From an uncultured Nitrososphaerota archaeon (GTDB taxonomy: Archaea; Thermoproteota; Nitrososphaeria; Conexivisphaerales; DTJL01): a DNA stretch of 24,000 nt. Positions 23,340-24,000 of the stretch are shown in pieces. The position numbers and the translations under genes are program-made. The notes beneath the pieces were generated by a model. The model saw only the letters and a program-made list of their open reading frames with translations. It did not search any database and was not told the origin of the DNA. The DNA is taken from contig CAWJIE010000004.1 of the NCBI GenBank assembly GCA_963842885.1, forward strand, positions 239,429 to 263,428, in the 5' to 3' direction. Every line of letters starts with the position of its first letter. Position 1 is the stretch's first letter.

Positions 23340-24000
23340 TATCGAGCATGCCTCATGAAGCTTCTGCGGGCCTGACGCGCTTGCGAGAGGCTCTCTGCCT
23401 CCTCTATCCTCACCTTGGTGTACTTCAGGAAGACGTCGTCAAGGCTGGGCTTGTTCAGAGACAGGGAGAGCACTTGCAGGCCGCTCTGTTCATAGAAACC
23501 GACAATCCTCGGGATGGCCGTTTCACCGTTGGCCGTCAGGATGTCGATGGAGTCGTCCGCGCTGTGAACGACCTTCCCGATGTCCTCAGGCAATAGTGCT
23601 CCGGCCTGGGCCGAGAGCTTCACGCTCACCATGTCTCCGCCGACGTTCCGTTTCAGTTCCGCCGGGGTGCCTCCCGCCACGAATCTGCCATGGTTCATTA
23701 TTGCGATTCGGCCGCACAGTTCGTCGGCTTCGGCCATGTCGTGCGTGGTGATGAAGACGGTCATCCCCAGTTCCTTGTTCAGGCGTCTGATATGATTCCA
23801 GACCTGCCTCTTTGACGAGGGATCGAGGCCTATGCTGGGTTCGTCCAGGAAAAGGACCCTGGGGCGGCTGACAACCGCTTCACCTATCTCGAGGCGCCGC
23901 ATCATGCCGCCTGAGTAGTGCTTGACGAGATCGTTCGCCCTCTCCGTGAGTTCCATCTCCTGCAGCGCCTCCTTTATCCTGGGGTCGCGGTCTTTCTTCT
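23339..24000 (-). CDS. ABC transporter ATP-binding protein (DrrA-like), 5' end beyond the window
   Basis: ABC signature YSGGMMRRLEIG, Walker B VLFLDEPSIGLD, H-loop ITTHDM, and a C-terminal accessory domain as in daunorubicin-type exporters. The frame stays open upstream of the first Met to the window end (..KKDRDPRIKEALQEMELTERA), so Walker A lies outside the window. Confidence 0.92.
   Translation of the reverse strand, partial: KKDRDPRIKEALQEMELTERANDLVKHYSGGMMRRLEIGEAVVSRPRVLFLDEPSIGLDPSSKRQVWNHIRRLNKELGMTVFITTHDMAEADELCGRIAIMNHGRFVAGGTPAELKRNVGGDMVSVKLSAQAGALLPEDIGKVVHSADDSIDILTANGETAIPRIVGFYEQSGLQVLSLSLNKPSLDDVFLKYTKVRIEEAESLSQARQARRSFMRHAR

Overview
This is an archaeal chromosomal segment, probably euryarchaeal or Thermoplasmata-like, and GC-rich by eye. 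The archaeal assignment rests on a NAC gene, tiaS, a tRNA intron with a bulge-helix-bulge motif, an archaeal-type RNase P RNA, ribosomal stalk protein P1 and tsr3. Left to right the window holds: nac (5' partial); a class II ribonucleotide reductase (nrdJ); and, tail-to-tail with nrdJ, a wHTH + ATP-cone + NrdD-like protein that has no catalytic Cys and no glycyl-radical motif. Next come tRNA-Pro(CGG), an AdkA-like/nucleoside-deoxyribosyltransferase-like fusion followed by a Nudix-like gene, a YhfC-like membrane protein and a frameshifted M28 peptidase. A xanthine-dehydrogenase/CoxLSM-type molybdoenzyme cluster follows, with a frameshifted FAD subunit and an inverted coxG. After that are a possible 52-aa zinc-finger ORF, an initiator tRNA-Met carrying a 16-nt intron, and tiaS. 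An ~840-bp ORF-poor region then contains a dense GTGTC/GACAC palindrome array and a set of hairpins. The rest of the window holds a stand-alone RAM-domain protein, frameshifted tsr3, RNase P RNA, gyaR, iorBA, two small membrane proteins in a stretch that looks more AT-rich, rpl12 (P1) and an ABC-2 exporter pair (ATPase 5' partial). No CRISPR array, integrase or transposase was seen. The leads most worth following are the pseudo-NrdD putative regulator next to nrdJ, the palindrome array with its adjacent structured region, and the kinase-like/NDT-like/Nudix-like module. Three, possibly four, conserved genes carry single-site frame disruptions, which may be assembly indels rather than biology. 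Most long antisense ORFs in the track are shadow ORFs of GC-rich genes.
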